Below, in pieces: positions 1-9,279 of a stretch of 40,226 bases of DNA (its first letter is position 1; each line of letters starts with the position of its first letter). The notes under the pieces were generated by a model that ran no database searches, was not told where the DNA came from, and saw nothing but the letters and a program-made list of their open reading frames with translations. The stretch covers positions 1 through 40,226 of the forward strand of contig CAXHCC010000002.1 in the NCBI GenBank assembly GCA_964014945.1. The letters run 5' to 3'. Source of the DNA: an uncultured bacterium. Its GTDB lineage: Bacteria > Bacteroidota > Bacteroidia > 2-12-FULL-35-15. The translations under genes and the position numbers were made by a program.

Positions 1-10
1 ATTATTCCGG

Positions 11-44
11 GTCTCGTGGGCTCGGAGATGTGTATAAGAGACAG
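11..44. other. Illumina Nextera transposase adapter (GTCTCGTGGGCTCGGAGATGTGTATAAGAGACAG); a library artefact, not biological sequence
   Basis: Exact 34-nt match to the Nextera read-2 adapter, read directly at 11-44. It produces the tell-tale LLYTSPSPRDPE tail on the minus-strand ORF. Confidence 0.95.
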
Positions 45-982
45 AATAAACGTGCAGCCTCATGATCTGCTTCCATACGCATATACGTTGCTTGTGCAGC
101 TGGTGCTTTATTAATTGGTGTTTTAAAATCTTCCAAATCAACTTTACCTGTTTTAGATAAAATCTCCTTGGTTCTTTCTAAAGTAGCTTGCTGTACGCCT
201 AAGGACATAGCCCCCACAAACGGACGGGTATTATCAAAGGTTTCCATTACACCAGCAAAGCCTTTCTTAATGTCAATTTCCGGACTTCCTAAAACGTTTG
301 CTGCTGGCACTCTACAATCAGTAAATACAATAGCAGCTGTATCAGATGCTCTAATACCTAGCTTTTTCTCTACTCTATCAAGGTGCATACCTGGCGTTCC
401 GTGCTCCACCACAAATGATTTAATAGCAGCACGACCTAAACTTTTATCTAAAGTAGCCCATACCACTACCACATCACAACGCTCACCAGCAGTAATAAAT
501 ATTTTTTCACCGTTTAGGATATATTCGTCGCCATCTTTTACAGCAGTAGCACAAATAGCAGCAGAATCTGAACCAAAGTTAGGCTCAGTAATGGCCATGG
601 CAGCCCATTTACCGCCAAAACGCTTTAACTGCTCTTCGTTAGCTACTGCCGCTATAGCGGCATTACCTAAACCTTGACCCGGAAAGGTTAATAACATACC
701 TACATCGCCATATCCAATACCTTGAATATTTAAGCAACTGGCCATATTACCACCATTTTTATTGGAATCATCTTTTTTATCAACTTTTGAAGATGCACCA
801 TCAATGGCACCTCCTGTTGCGTCGTTAATAGCATCTAAACCCTTTGCCAATAAACCCAATGGCTTAGGGAAGGTGTGTTCTGCTAAATCATACTTCCTTG
901 AATAAGGTCGCATCATTATTTCCGCAGCACCATAAGCACCTGCTAAAACGCCTTTATATTTTTTTGGAACTTCTAAATTCAT
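45..982 (-). CDS. Acyl-CoA dehydrogenase family protein, 3'-truncated by the contig end and adapter
   Basis: ACAD middle-domain pattern (AMAITEPNFGSDSAA...GDEYILNGEKIFITAG) and ATG at 982. The ORF-track extension down to base 2 is adapter-derived. Confidence 0.8.
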
Positions 983-1015
983 CTTATCAAATATTTGTTA
1001 AGTGTAATAGGTAAA

Positions 1016-2353
1016 TTATATGTGTACACCGTTATGAGCAATTGCAACTGCTCTTAAGTCTCTGTACCAACGTTGAACAGGAAAATCTCTAATATACCCG
1101 TGTCCACCTAATAATTGCACACCACTACTACCAATTTCCATACTCTTATCGCTACACATAATGTGTGCTAAATATGTTTCTTTTGCAAATGGTAACCCTT
1201 GTTCTGCTCTTGAAACAGCACGTTGCGTTAAAATACGCATACTATCCATTTCAATTTTAATATCAGAAATGATGAAAGCTACTGCCTGACGGTGAGAAAT
1301 TGGCTCACCAAATGCTACTCTATCGTTAGCATAAGGAATCACGTAATCTAATACCCCTTGGCAACATCCCACTGCCAATGAGCACCATCCTAATTTATTG
1401 TAGTTCACAAAATCTTCGTAGTTAAACGCATCACCACCACCTAACATAGCAGAAGCATCTACTTCAACATCTTTAAGTGTTAGTTTACCTAATTGAGCAG
1501 AGTTTAAGCCCATACCTTTATCTTCAGTAATGGTTAAACCAGCAGCACCTTTATCTACGATAAACGCTTGCGGGCCATTGTCTGTATCAGCAACAACTAT
1601 AAAATACTCAGCAACACTTGCCAATGGCACCATGTTTTTAACACCGTTTATTTTATATCCGTTACCCGATTTGGTTGCTTTAGTACTTAACTCATAAGGA
1701 GAGAAAAGTGGACTTGGCTCGTTAACTGCCATAGAAGTTTGTGGGAATCCTGCTTCGTTCAAGTAAGCTGGCACCAATTCTTTTTGTTGTGCCTCTGTAC
1801 CCCATTCGATAATTGCATTTAATACACTAAGAGGTGTATATAATGCTAATGCCATTCCTAAGTCGCCATGCGCTAAGGTTTCTAATACCATCATTTGTGT
1901 AACGGTAGATTTTTCTTTCATCATACCGCCTAAGCTTTCAGGCACTAGGTATAATACCAAACCAAGCTCACTAAAACCATTTCTGATTTCATCACTAACA
2001 ACAAAAACCTCATCCGTTTTTTCAGCTGCTTCACGTACTATACTCGCAAAAGACTTAACCGCCTCACGCACCATTTCTTGCTCTTCCGTGTAGTTTAAGT
2101 CAAATAAATCTGCTTTCGCTTTTGGATTTAAACGTGTTGCTGAACTTGCACCTCCACCGCTAAAAACTTTTTGTGCCATCATGGCCATTTTAGTGCCATT
2201 ATAAGCACCAAAATAAATCAACTTTTCCATTTTACTTCTTAAGCCGATAGATTCAGCAAAATCTGAATTAAGCATACTGTCAAATTTGAGCATTCTTTCT
2301 GCCCACTTTTTGTTGGTAGCGCCACCCGTTAATGATGAAATTTCAATTCCCAT
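1016..2353 (-). CDS. Acyl-CoA dehydrogenase family protein with a long N-terminal extension
   Basis: 445-aa ORF with ACAD-like beta-domain and C-terminal helical-domain patterns (GGHGYIRDFPVQRWYRD). It sits in tandem with the downstream ACAD. Confidence 0.8.
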   Translation of the reverse strand: MGIEISSLTGGATNKKWAERMLKFDSMLNSDFAESIGLRSKMEKLIYFGAYNGTKMAMMAQKVFSGGGASSATRLNPKAKADLFDLNYTEEQEMVREAVKSFASIVREAAEKTDEVFVVSDEIRNGFSELGLVLYLVPESLGGMMKEKSTVTQMMVLETLAHGDLGMALALYTPLSVLNAIIEWGTEAQQKELVPAYLNEAGFPQTSMAVNEPSPLFSPYELSTKATKSGNGYKINGVKNMVPLASVAEYFIVVADTDNGPQAFIVDKGAAGLTITEDKGMGLNSAQLGKLTLKDVEVDASAMLGGGDAFNYEDFVNYNKLGWCSLAVGCCQGVLDYVIPYANDRVAFGEPISHRQAVAFIISDIKIEMDSMRILTQRAVSRAEQGLPFAKETYLAHIMCSDKSMEIGSSGVQLLGGHGYIRDFPVQRWYRDLRAVAIAHNGVHI

Positions 2354-2656
2354 TTTTGTTTAATTTAATTTGTAATTAATTGTATATGTATTTATCTTTT
2401 TAAAAACTATTGCGCATTAGAACGCAGTCCATTTATAACTTATGGAGCACCAATAATAGAAATAATTTTATTCAAATCACAGCAATTGAGCAATTAATTG
2501 TTATGTAAGCATAATAATTATGGTTTAATACGTATTTTCCTGATGTAAGTCATGTATTTTTGCCTATAAACACAATATATACAGCCGATTGTTGTTAGTT
2601 TGGTATAACTTTTGAAGTATTGGTTACGTATCATATAAACGCAAGTATATAAGGTC

Positions 2657-3481
2657 ATGAAAAAAACGGTTATCATAAGTTTAAGTGTTGTACTAGCCCT
2701 CGTTGGTATATCTTTTACCCAAGAGGCTACCTTTCCCCATTATGCAGAAAATACAACCCGAGTAGAACTACCACAAGTAAAAAACACAGCATTTAAACGT
2801 GGAGAAAAAGTAAGTTACCGCTTGCATTATGGTTTTATTGATGCGGGTAAAGGCACCTTAACGGTTACTAACGAAGAAAAAAAGTTTGGTTCACGTAAAA
2901 CCTTTCATGTGGTGGGTGTAGCTTCTACACAAGGGGTTAGCGATTGGTTTTTTAAGGTACGCGATAGGTATGAATCCTATATAGATGAAAAGGCCATCAT
3001 TCCTTGGCGCTTTATTCGTCATGTAGATGAAGGGGGCTATAAGTTTAGCCAAGACTATTTTTTTAACCATTATTTAAGTAAGGTTACCACACAAAAAAAG
3101 GAAGTGTTTAGCATTACACCTGGCATGCAGGATATGTTTTCGGCTTTTTACAGAGCGCGTAACTTAGATTATAGCAATGTTAAAAAAGGAGATGTATTTA
3201 CCATTGATTGCTTTGTAGATGAAGAAGTGTTCCCTATTAAAATAAAGTACATAGGACGTAAAACGGTTAAAACAAAAATTGGCAAATTCAAATGTTTGCA
3301 GTTTAGGCCCATCATTCAAACAGGCCGAATATTTAAAGACGAAGAAGATTTAAATATGTGGATTTCAGATGACGGCAACCATATACCTATTAAAGTAAAA
3401 GCGGATATTTTGTTTGGTTCTATACAAATAGAAATTACCGACTATGAAGGCTTGGCCAACCCAATTGCCAAGGTGAAATAA
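2657..3481 (+). CDS. DUF3108-family secreted or outer-membrane-associated protein
   Basis: N-terminal signal peptide. The YRLHYGFIDAGKGTLTV pattern is typical of DUF3108 (family assigned from memory). Confidence 0.6.
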   Translation: MKKTVIISLSVVLALVGISFTQEATFPHYAENTTRVELPQVKNTAFKRGEKVSYRLHYGFIDAGKGTLTVTNEEKKFGSRKTFHVVGVASTQGVSDWFFKVRDRYESYIDEKAIIPWRFIRHVDEGGYKFSQDYFFNHYLSKVTTQKKEVFSITPGMQDMFSAFYRARNLDYSNVKKGDVFTIDCFVDEEVFPIKIKYIGRKTVKTKIGKFKCLQFRPIIQTGRIFKDEEDLNMWISDDGNHIPIKVKADILFGSIQIEITDYEGLANPIAKVK

Positions 3482-3513
3482 TTGCTAACTTGGCAAGCTA
3501 TTAGCACAGCCAA

Positions 3514-4287
3514 ATGAAATCATTACACAATAAAACAGTTTTAGTTACTGGTGCTGCTGGCGGTTTTGGACAAGCGTTTACAACCCAATTAATACAATTG
3601 GGTGCGCATGTTTTAATTACTGATAGAGATGCCAAGGTATTGGAACAATTGATGACCGAAAGTCATCCAGGTCCTGGTAAAATAATTGGTGCTTTTGCGG
3701 CAGATCTTTCAACCAGAGAAGGGTGTTTAAGTTGCTTTGAAAAAGCCATTGCCATTGCACCAGAAATTGATTACCTAATTAATAACGCGGGGCTAATTAC
3801 CTATGGGTATTTTGATGAAACACCTTTAGAAAAAATTGACCTACTCATGCAAGTAAACGTTCTCGCACCTTTGTATTTAAGCCATGCATTTATTAATCAA
3901 TATAAAACCAGAGGAAGTGGACATATTGTAACTATTTCTTCTGTTTCAGGTTTTGTAGGCACTGCACAATCGTTAGCTTATGGAGCATCTAAATTTGCCA
4001 TGCGTGGTTTTGGTATGTCCTTACAAAAAGAAGTAAAACGCTACAACATGCAGGTAAGCAATGTATACCCCTTTTATTCTAAAACGGGTTTATTAAATGA
4101 AGCGCCTGTAGGCAATAGTACAGTTAGTTCGTTACCCGGATTTTTGTATGACAGTCCTGATACCATAGTAAAAGCTACCATTAAGGGTATGCGTAAAAAT
4201 AAGTTACACATTTACCCAGGCATAATTTCACCGCTCATTTATTTTGCCAGTAGGTTTTGGCCTATAGTGGGTAAAATGTCTAATTAA
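3514..4287 (+). CDS. Short-chain dehydrogenase/reductase (SDR) family oxidoreductase
   Basis: TGAAGGFG Rossmann motif, NNAG motif, and catalytic S...YGASK triad. Confidence 0.85.
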   Translation: MKSLHNKTVLVTGAAGGFGQAFTTQLIQLGAHVLITDRDAKVLEQLMTESHPGPGKIIGAFAADLSTREGCLSCFEKAIAIAPEIDYLINNAGLITYGYFDETPLEKIDLLMQVNVLAPLYLSHAFINQYKTRGSGHIVTISSVSGFVGTAQSLAYGASKFAMRGFGMSLQKEVKRYNMQVSNVYPFYSKTGLLNEAPVGNSTVSSLPGFLYDSPDTIVKATIKGMRKNKLHIYPGIISPLIYFASRFWPIVGKMSN

Positions 4288-4342
4288 ATATGCCGCCAGT
4301 TTTACTTGCTTGCATTCTGGATAACTCGTATATTTAGTAGGT

Positions 4343-4855
4343 ATGCCAACAACCGAAACCCCTTTAGAATACACCTTAACCCATACGCATAAAGCCGACA
4401 TGTTTGCCTTTATGCAGCAACATCCCGATAGTTATGAGGAGGCGTTTAAGTTGGCCATTTCCAATAAGCAACCTTATGCTTGGCGGGCAGCTTGGTTGCT
4501 ATGGAGTTGCTTATCAAAAAACGATAAACGGGTACGCAAGCACATACCTAAAATATTAAAAGCTATTCCTGAAAAAGCAGATGGCCACCAACGAGAACTG
4601 GTGAAAATTTTAAGCTTAATGGATTTAAATGAAGATGCGCAAGGAACGTTGTTTGATATTTGTTTGAACCTGTGGAAAAGCATCGAAAAAAAACCATCGG
4701 TACGTTATATTGCTTTTCAATACTTGGCTAAAACCGCTCAACAACATCCCGACTTAGTAACTGAAATAAAATACTATACGCAAAAGGAATACTTGGTTAC
4801 GCTATCACCTGGCGTGCGTCGTGCAATAAACAAGTTGCTTACCTCTTTAAGCTAA
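4343..4855 (+). CDS. Hypothetical all-helical protein, possibly HEAT/ARM-like
   Basis: Clean 170-aa ORF in an otherwise tightly packed region. I recognised no motif. Confidence 0.5.
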   Translation: MPTTETPLEYTLTHTHKADMFAFMQQHPDSYEEAFKLAISNKQPYAWRAAWLLWSCLSKNDKRVRKHIPKILKAIPEKADGHQRELVKILSLMDLNEDAQGTLFDICLNLWKSIEKKPSVRYIAFQYLAKTAQQHPDLVTEIKYYTQKEYLVTLSPGVRRAINKLLTSLS

Positions 4856-4867
4856 ATTAAGCAAGCC

Positions 4868-5524
4868 CTACTCCTCTACCACCAACAATTGGTTGCACAC
4901 CGCATAGCTCAGTAACTCTTTGCTGTGCTTTTTATAGGAAACAATGCGGCTATTATCAAAGGGTTCTATTTGATCCACTTTCAAAACCGCACCCAACTTA
5001 ATCTCTTTACGATTAAGGTATTTTATAAATTCCGCTGAACTATCCCTGAGTGCTTTTAGCACCACCTTTTTACCTGCTTGTACTTTCGCCAAGGGTATAT
5101 AGGTAATGCTTTCAATTTTTCCGTTCTTATCTGGTATGGGCGATCCATGTGGATCGTTTTTAGGGTAACCCAGCAACTCATCTACCCTATCAAAAAACGA
5201 TTCCGACTTTAAGTGCTCCATATCTTCAGCAATGGCATGCACCTCTTCCCATCCAAATCCCATGATGTTACTTAAAAATAGTTCAGATAGGCGATGCTTT
5301 CTTATAATGTTAGAAGCTTGTTTTAATCCCTGCTTGGTTAAGTATAAAGGTTTGTACTTTTCATATTTTACCCAACCCATTACCTGCAACTTCTTCACCA
5401 TATCATTCACCGTTGGTTTACTTACCTCCATTTCTTTACCCAAGTTGGTTATAGAAATGGCCGCATCCTTCTGGTGTAAATAGTAAAGCGCCTTTAAGTA
5501 ATTCTCTTTGGTTTGAGTAGCCAT
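4868..5524 (-). CDS. DtxR/MntR-family metal-dependent transcriptional repressor with a FeoA-like C-terminal domain
   Basis: N-terminal ENYLKALYYL winged-helix signature of the DtxR family. Length is 218 aa. It is divergent from a TonB-dependent receptor gene. Confidence 0.8.
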   Translation of the reverse strand: MATQTKENYLKALYYLHQKDAAISITNLGKEMEVSKPTVNDMVKKLQVMGWVKYEKYKPLYLTKQGLKQASNIIRKHRLSELFLSNIMGFGWEEVHAIAEDMEHLKSESFFDRVDELLGYPKNDPHGSPIPDKNGKIESITYIPLAKVQAGKKVVLKALRDSSAEFIKYLNRKEIKLGAVLKVDQIEPFDNSRIVSYKKHSKELLSYAVCNQLLVVEE

Positions 5525-5540
5525 AATTAGGTATTTTTTA

Positions 5541-5548
5541 CAAATATA
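5541..5548 (-). promoter_or_regulatory. Bacteroidota -7 promoter box (TATATTTG on the minus strand) for the DtxR-like gene
   Basis: Exact TAnnTTTG match, 17-24 nt upstream of the ATG at 5524. Confidence 0.45.
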
Positions 5549-5591
5549 CTAAAGAGAACTATAATTATTTTGTTAGTCTAGTCTAACTTTT

Positions 5592-5599
5592 TATATTTG
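5592..5599 (+). promoter_or_regulatory. Bacteroidota -7 promoter box (TATATTTG) for the TonB-dependent receptor gene
   Basis: Exact TAnnTTTG match, 26-33 nt upstream of the ATG at 5625. The same TTATATTTGCACA string recurs upstream of the TetR gene. Confidence 0.45.
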
Positions 5600-5624
5600 C
5601 ACAGCAAAACAAAAAACCACCACC

Positions 5625-7901
5625 ATGAAAACTCTTGGCAACCTATTTTTTGTGTGCCTGCTTTTAGTTTGTTTCACCCACTCTCTATACGCACAAAACG
5701 CCTCCATAAGTGGCACGGTATCTGACAGTACTGGCGTTTTACCATTTGCTACTATCCATTTAAAAGGAACCAACTTTGGTGCATCGGCCAACGAAAAGGG
5801 GATTTATAATTTGCAAAACTTACCTGCAGGTGATTATGAGTTAGTAGCTTCTTTTATTGCTTATACTCCACAAGTAAAAAAAATTACACTTTCGGCTAAT
5901 AGTAACATCACTGTTAACTTTACACTGCAAACAAACCCTAATATGTTGGATGAGGTAGTAGTATCGGCCACCATGAAACCTGTTTCTAAGTTAGAAAGCC
6001 CAGTGCCTGTTGAAGTGTACACCCCTGCTTTTTTTAAAACCAACCCTACCCCATCGGTATATGAAGCCCTGCAAAATGTAAACGGTGTGCGGCCGCAAGT
6101 AAACTGTGCTGTATGCAATACCGGTGATATTCACATCAACGGTTTAGAAGGGGCTTATTCTATGGTGATGATAGACGGCATGCCTATAGTTAGTGGTTTG
6201 TCTACCGTGTACGGTTTAAGTGGCATTCCACAATCACTTATTCAACGAATTGAAATAGTAAAAGGACCTGCCAGTACACTGTATGGTTCAGAAGCAGTGG
6301 GCGGTTTGGTAAATGTAATTACCAAAACCACCAAGAACGCACCTGTTTTTTCTGCTGATGCTTTTGCCAGCGATTGGGGAGAAGTAAATGCAGATGTTTC
6401 CTCCAAATTTAACTTGGGTAAAAAAGCGTCGTCCATAGTGGGGGTTAACTACTTTAACTTTAACCAGCGTGTAGATAAAAACAAGGACAACTTTACCGAC
6501 TTGGCTTTGCAAGACCGTGTTTCCATATTTAATAAATGGGACTTTAGCAGAAAAGAAAACCGAGTTTTTTCTTTGGCGGGTCGTTATGTGTATGAGGACC
6601 GTTTAGGGGGTGATATAAATTGGCGTAAAGAATTTAGAGGCGGTGATAGTTTATACGGAGAAAGCATATATACCAGCAGGTGGGAATTATTTGGAACCTA
6701 TCAATTGCCGCTTAAAGAACGGGTGTTGTTTCAGTTTAGCGGTAACGCACACGATCAAAATTCGGTATATGGAGACACCTGGTACTTGGCCGATCAAAAA
6801 ATATTGTTTGGTCAACTAACATGGAACAAAACTATTGGTAAAAAACATGATTTACTATTGGGTAACCCAATGCGTTATACTTACTATGACGACAACACCC
6901 CTGCTACTGCCAGTGCTGATACACTTAACCCAAGCAATAAACCAACGCATACCTATTTACCAGGCATTTTTGTACAAGACGAATGGACGCTCAACAACTA
7001 CAATAAGTTATTGCTAGGCATGCGATACGATTATAATTCCGTTCATGGCAATATTTTTACACCTCGTTTTAATTATAAATGGTCGTCCAAAAACAAATTA
7101 AATGTGTTACGCTTTGGTTTTGGAACGGGGTATAGAGTAGCCAATGTTTTTACAGAAGACCATGCCGCATTAACAGGTGCCCGAGAAGTGGTTTTTCTTT
7201 CCAATTTAAATCCAGAAACATCTTATAACGGTAACGTTAATTATGTTAAAAAAATTTACACCAAAAATGATTGGTTTATAGGTATTGATGCATCCTTGTT
7301 CTACACCTACTTTAACAACAAAATTTTTGCTGATTATGATACCGACCCAAGTAAAATAATTTACGACAACTTAAGTGGATATGCGGTTTCCAATGGCGTA
7401 TCAAGTAATTTTGATATAGCGTATAAAAACGTAAAATTGCTTATGGGTGCTACCCTAATGGATGTGTATAGCGTTGAAAATAATGTAAGACGCCGACAAG
7501 AATTAACCGAACAATTTACCGGTACGTGGACATTGAGTTATGACTTCAAAAGCATCGGTTTAGCTATTGATTACACAGGAAATATATACAGCCCAATGGA
7601 ATTACCAACCCAAGACACAGATACTTTTGATGATCCACGACCGTCACAATCACCTTGGTGGAGTATGCAAAACATACAGCTCACCAAAAAGCTGGGCACG
7701 CGTTGGGAGCTTTATGGTGGTGTAAAAAACTTGTTAAATTGGACGCCGTGGCAAAACCTATCGGCACCATACTTGGGCAATACGGTCGACCCGTTTGAGA
7801 AAAACACGGCTCCTAATCAATTGGTGTTCGACCCAGCTTATGTGTATGCTCCCAACCAAGGAATTCGTTCTTTTTTTGGAATCCGTTATTTGGTTAAATA
7901 A
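5625..7901 (+). CDS. TonB-dependent outer-membrane receptor with an N-terminal carboxypeptidase-regulatory-like domain
   Basis: Signal peptide, an ISGTVSD...LPFATIHLKGT CarboxypepD_reg pattern, plug-domain motifs (IEIVKGPASTLYGSEAVGGLVNVITK) and a 758-aa barrel. Confidence 0.85.
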   Translation: MKTLGNLFFVCLLLVCFTHSLYAQNASISGTVSDSTGVLPFATIHLKGTNFGASANEKGIYNLQNLPAGDYELVASFIAYTPQVKKITLSANSNITVNFTLQTNPNMLDEVVVSATMKPVSKLESPVPVEVYTPAFFKTNPTPSVYEALQNVNGVRPQVNCAVCNTGDIHINGLEGAYSMVMIDGMPIVSGLSTVYGLSGIPQSLIQRIEIVKGPASTLYGSEAVGGLVNVITKTTKNAPVFSADAFASDWGEVNADVSSKFNLGKKASSIVGVNYFNFNQRVDKNKDNFTDLALQDRVSIFNKWDFSRKENRVFSLAGRYVYEDRLGGDINWRKEFRGGDSLYGESIYTSRWELFGTYQLPLKERVLFQFSGNAHDQNSVYGDTWYLADQKILFGQLTWNKTIGKKHDLLLGNPMRYTYYDDNTPATASADTLNPSNKPTHTYLPGIFVQDEWTLNNYNKLLLGMRYDYNSVHGNIFTPRFNYKWSSKNKLNVLRFGFGTGYRVANVFTEDHAALTGAREVVFLSNLNPETSYNGNVNYVKKIYTKNDWFIGIDASLFYTYFNNKIFADYDTDPSKIIYDNLSGYAVSNGVSSNFDIAYKNVKLLMGATLMDVYSVENNVRRRQELTEQFTGTWTLSYDFKSIGLAIDYTGNIYSPMELPTQDTDTFDDPRPSQSPWWSMQNIQLTKKLGTRWELYGGVKNLLNWTPWQNLSAPYLGNTVDPFEKNTAPNQLVFDPAYVYAPNQGIRSFFGIRYLVK

Positions 7902-8374
7902 TGAAGAGACTAAAAACCATCAGTTGTGTACTTAGTTTAGTAGGTATCTTTTTATTGAATACTGCTTACGCCCAATTACATGAAGTTGCCTTTGAAGAGT
8001 TGGACAGCTTACTGCTACAACAAGACAAAAACATCGTGGTGTTCATTCATACCGACTGGTGCAAGTTTTGCAAAAAAATGGAAGCGACCACCTTTAATAA
8101 CGACAGTGTTATTACCCTGTTAAACGAGCAGTTTTACTTTGTAAAAGTAAATGGAGAAACTAAAAAGGATATCCGTTTCCGCAACCGAACTTTTTCATTT
8201 AAACCTTCTGGAGGCAGCTCAGGTATACATGAACTAGCCGAGCAATTGGGCACTATTAAAGGGCAACTTAATTATCCTACTATTAGCATAGTTAACAAGC
8301 AAAACGAAATTATTTTTCAGTACGGCGGGTATTTGGATGCCCAAGCCTTGTTGGCTGTACTCCAATCGCTTTAG
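7901..8374 (+). CDS. Secreted thioredoxin-fold protein (CxxC)
   Basis: Signal peptide, WCKFCKKM redox motif, and a 1-nt TAATG overlap with the TonB receptor stop codon. Confidence 0.7.
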   Translation: MKRLKTISCVLSLVGIFLLNTAYAQLHEVAFEELDSLLLQQDKNIVVFIHTDWCKFCKKMEATTFNNDSVITLLNEQFYFVKVNGETKKDIRFRNRTFSFKPSGGSSGIHELAEQLGTIKGQLNYPTISIVNKQNEIIFQYGGYLDAQALLAVLQSL

Positions 8375-8393
8375 TTAGGAGGAAATTACGCGC

Positions 8394-9146
8394 TTAGTAT
8401 TTTGGTACCCTATCAGAAACCGTTCCTACGGTTTGTAATACTTTTAACATTTCCTCTATTTGGTCAGGACCAAAAAACTTTTCATGATGCCTAGGATATA
8501 CCACACCTTTTCTTTTTTCAAAATGGTTTAAAGGACACCAAGAAGATTCTATTTGTTCTAAGCCAGTATCAAAACGCAAAACGGCGTTTTTAACAACACG
8601 AATCCACCATTTAATAAACCCACTATGGTTTTTAGCGTAATCTTCTTTTTTTAAAATTTTAGACGCTTGCAGCCAACTAACTCTATGCATTCCTAATGGT
8701 GTGGCTACCATTACATCGTATATAAAATGCAAGCAAAACTCCACAAAAACTAATAAGGGTAAGTAAGCAATCATAATAGGTATAACTATTAATTTTTTTG
8801 CAAAACTTATCTTGTTCATTTTAGCCACTTCATCTATTTCCACATTTATCATTGTGCAAATACCGTTGGCATAACCGCAAAACTGACAATTTAATTTATC
8901 AAACCACGAAAGCTCTTCAATACGATGCCTGTCAATTATTACAAAATCGGCCCAATGGATTATTCTAGTACCAAAAATTGGTCGTAAAACTACTTGGTAC
9001 AAAAACAAGGATACCGTAAAATATACGATGATTAATGGCGGCACACACATATACATGGAAAATCCACCAACTAGCACTCTTATAAATCCTATTCTTGATA
9101 CGTGACTGCCAAATATGGGAGACAATAATGAAAACTGCTTTGCCAT
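8394..9146 (-). CDS. Hypothetical Cys-containing integral membrane protein
   Basis: Several hydrophobic segments, with NCQFCGYANGIC and SSWCP cysteine motifs. I placed the start at the ATG at 9146 because a TATATTTG -7 box overlaps the TTG start at 9167 used by the ORF track. Confidence 0.55.
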   Translation of the reverse strand: MAKQFSLLSPIFGSHVSRIGFIRVLVGGFSMYMCVPPLIIVYFTVSLFLYQVVLRPIFGTRIIHWADFVIIDRHRIEELSWFDKLNCQFCGYANGICTMINVEIDEVAKMNKISFAKKLIVIPIMIAYLPLLVFVEFCLHFIYDVMVATPLGMHRVSWLQASKILKKEDYAKNHSGFIKWWIRVVKNAVLRFDTGLEQIESSWCPLNHFEKRKGVVYPRHHEKFFGPDQIEEMLKVLQTVGTVSDRVPKY

Positions 9147-9164
9147 AGTCTTAAAAATTTTAAG

Positions 9165-9172
9165 CAAATATA
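9165..9172 (-). promoter_or_regulatory. Bacteroidota -7 promoter box (TATATTTG on the minus strand)
   Basis: Exact TAnnTTTG match, 19-26 nt upstream of the ATG at 9146. Confidence 0.4.
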
Positions 9173-9279
9173 GTTCATTTTGTTAAATAATTATAGTTGT
9201 ATATAATTTTATATTCGACAATACCTACAAGGCCAGGTTGTTATTGGAGAAATACTCACCTAACAAAAAAAGTGTGTAC

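Noticed and set aside
168-677. 169-aa plus-strand ORF. Many similar 60-180-aa ORFs lie antisense to or out of frame with long genes, for example 4474-4683, 5232-5483, 5861-6118, 17702-18037, 22081-22353, 23159-23482, 30320-30643, 34802-35119, 37374-37919 and 37929-38429.
   Set aside because: Each lies entirely inside a longer ORF that has clear family motifs. Their products are low-complexity or compositionally odd. They are typical shadow ORFs.
1016-2353. Tandem ACAD genes considered as a split or frameshifted single gene.
   Set aside because: Both ORFs contain their own complete ACAD-like core and separate starts with a 33-nt spacer. This is consistent with two paralogous subunits rather than a pseudogene.
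2354-2656. 303-bp AT-rich divergent intergenic region, examined as a possible ncRNA or riboswitch.
   Set aside because: I saw only trivial short hairpins and an imperfect TAACTTTTG box. There is no convincing structured element or repeat.
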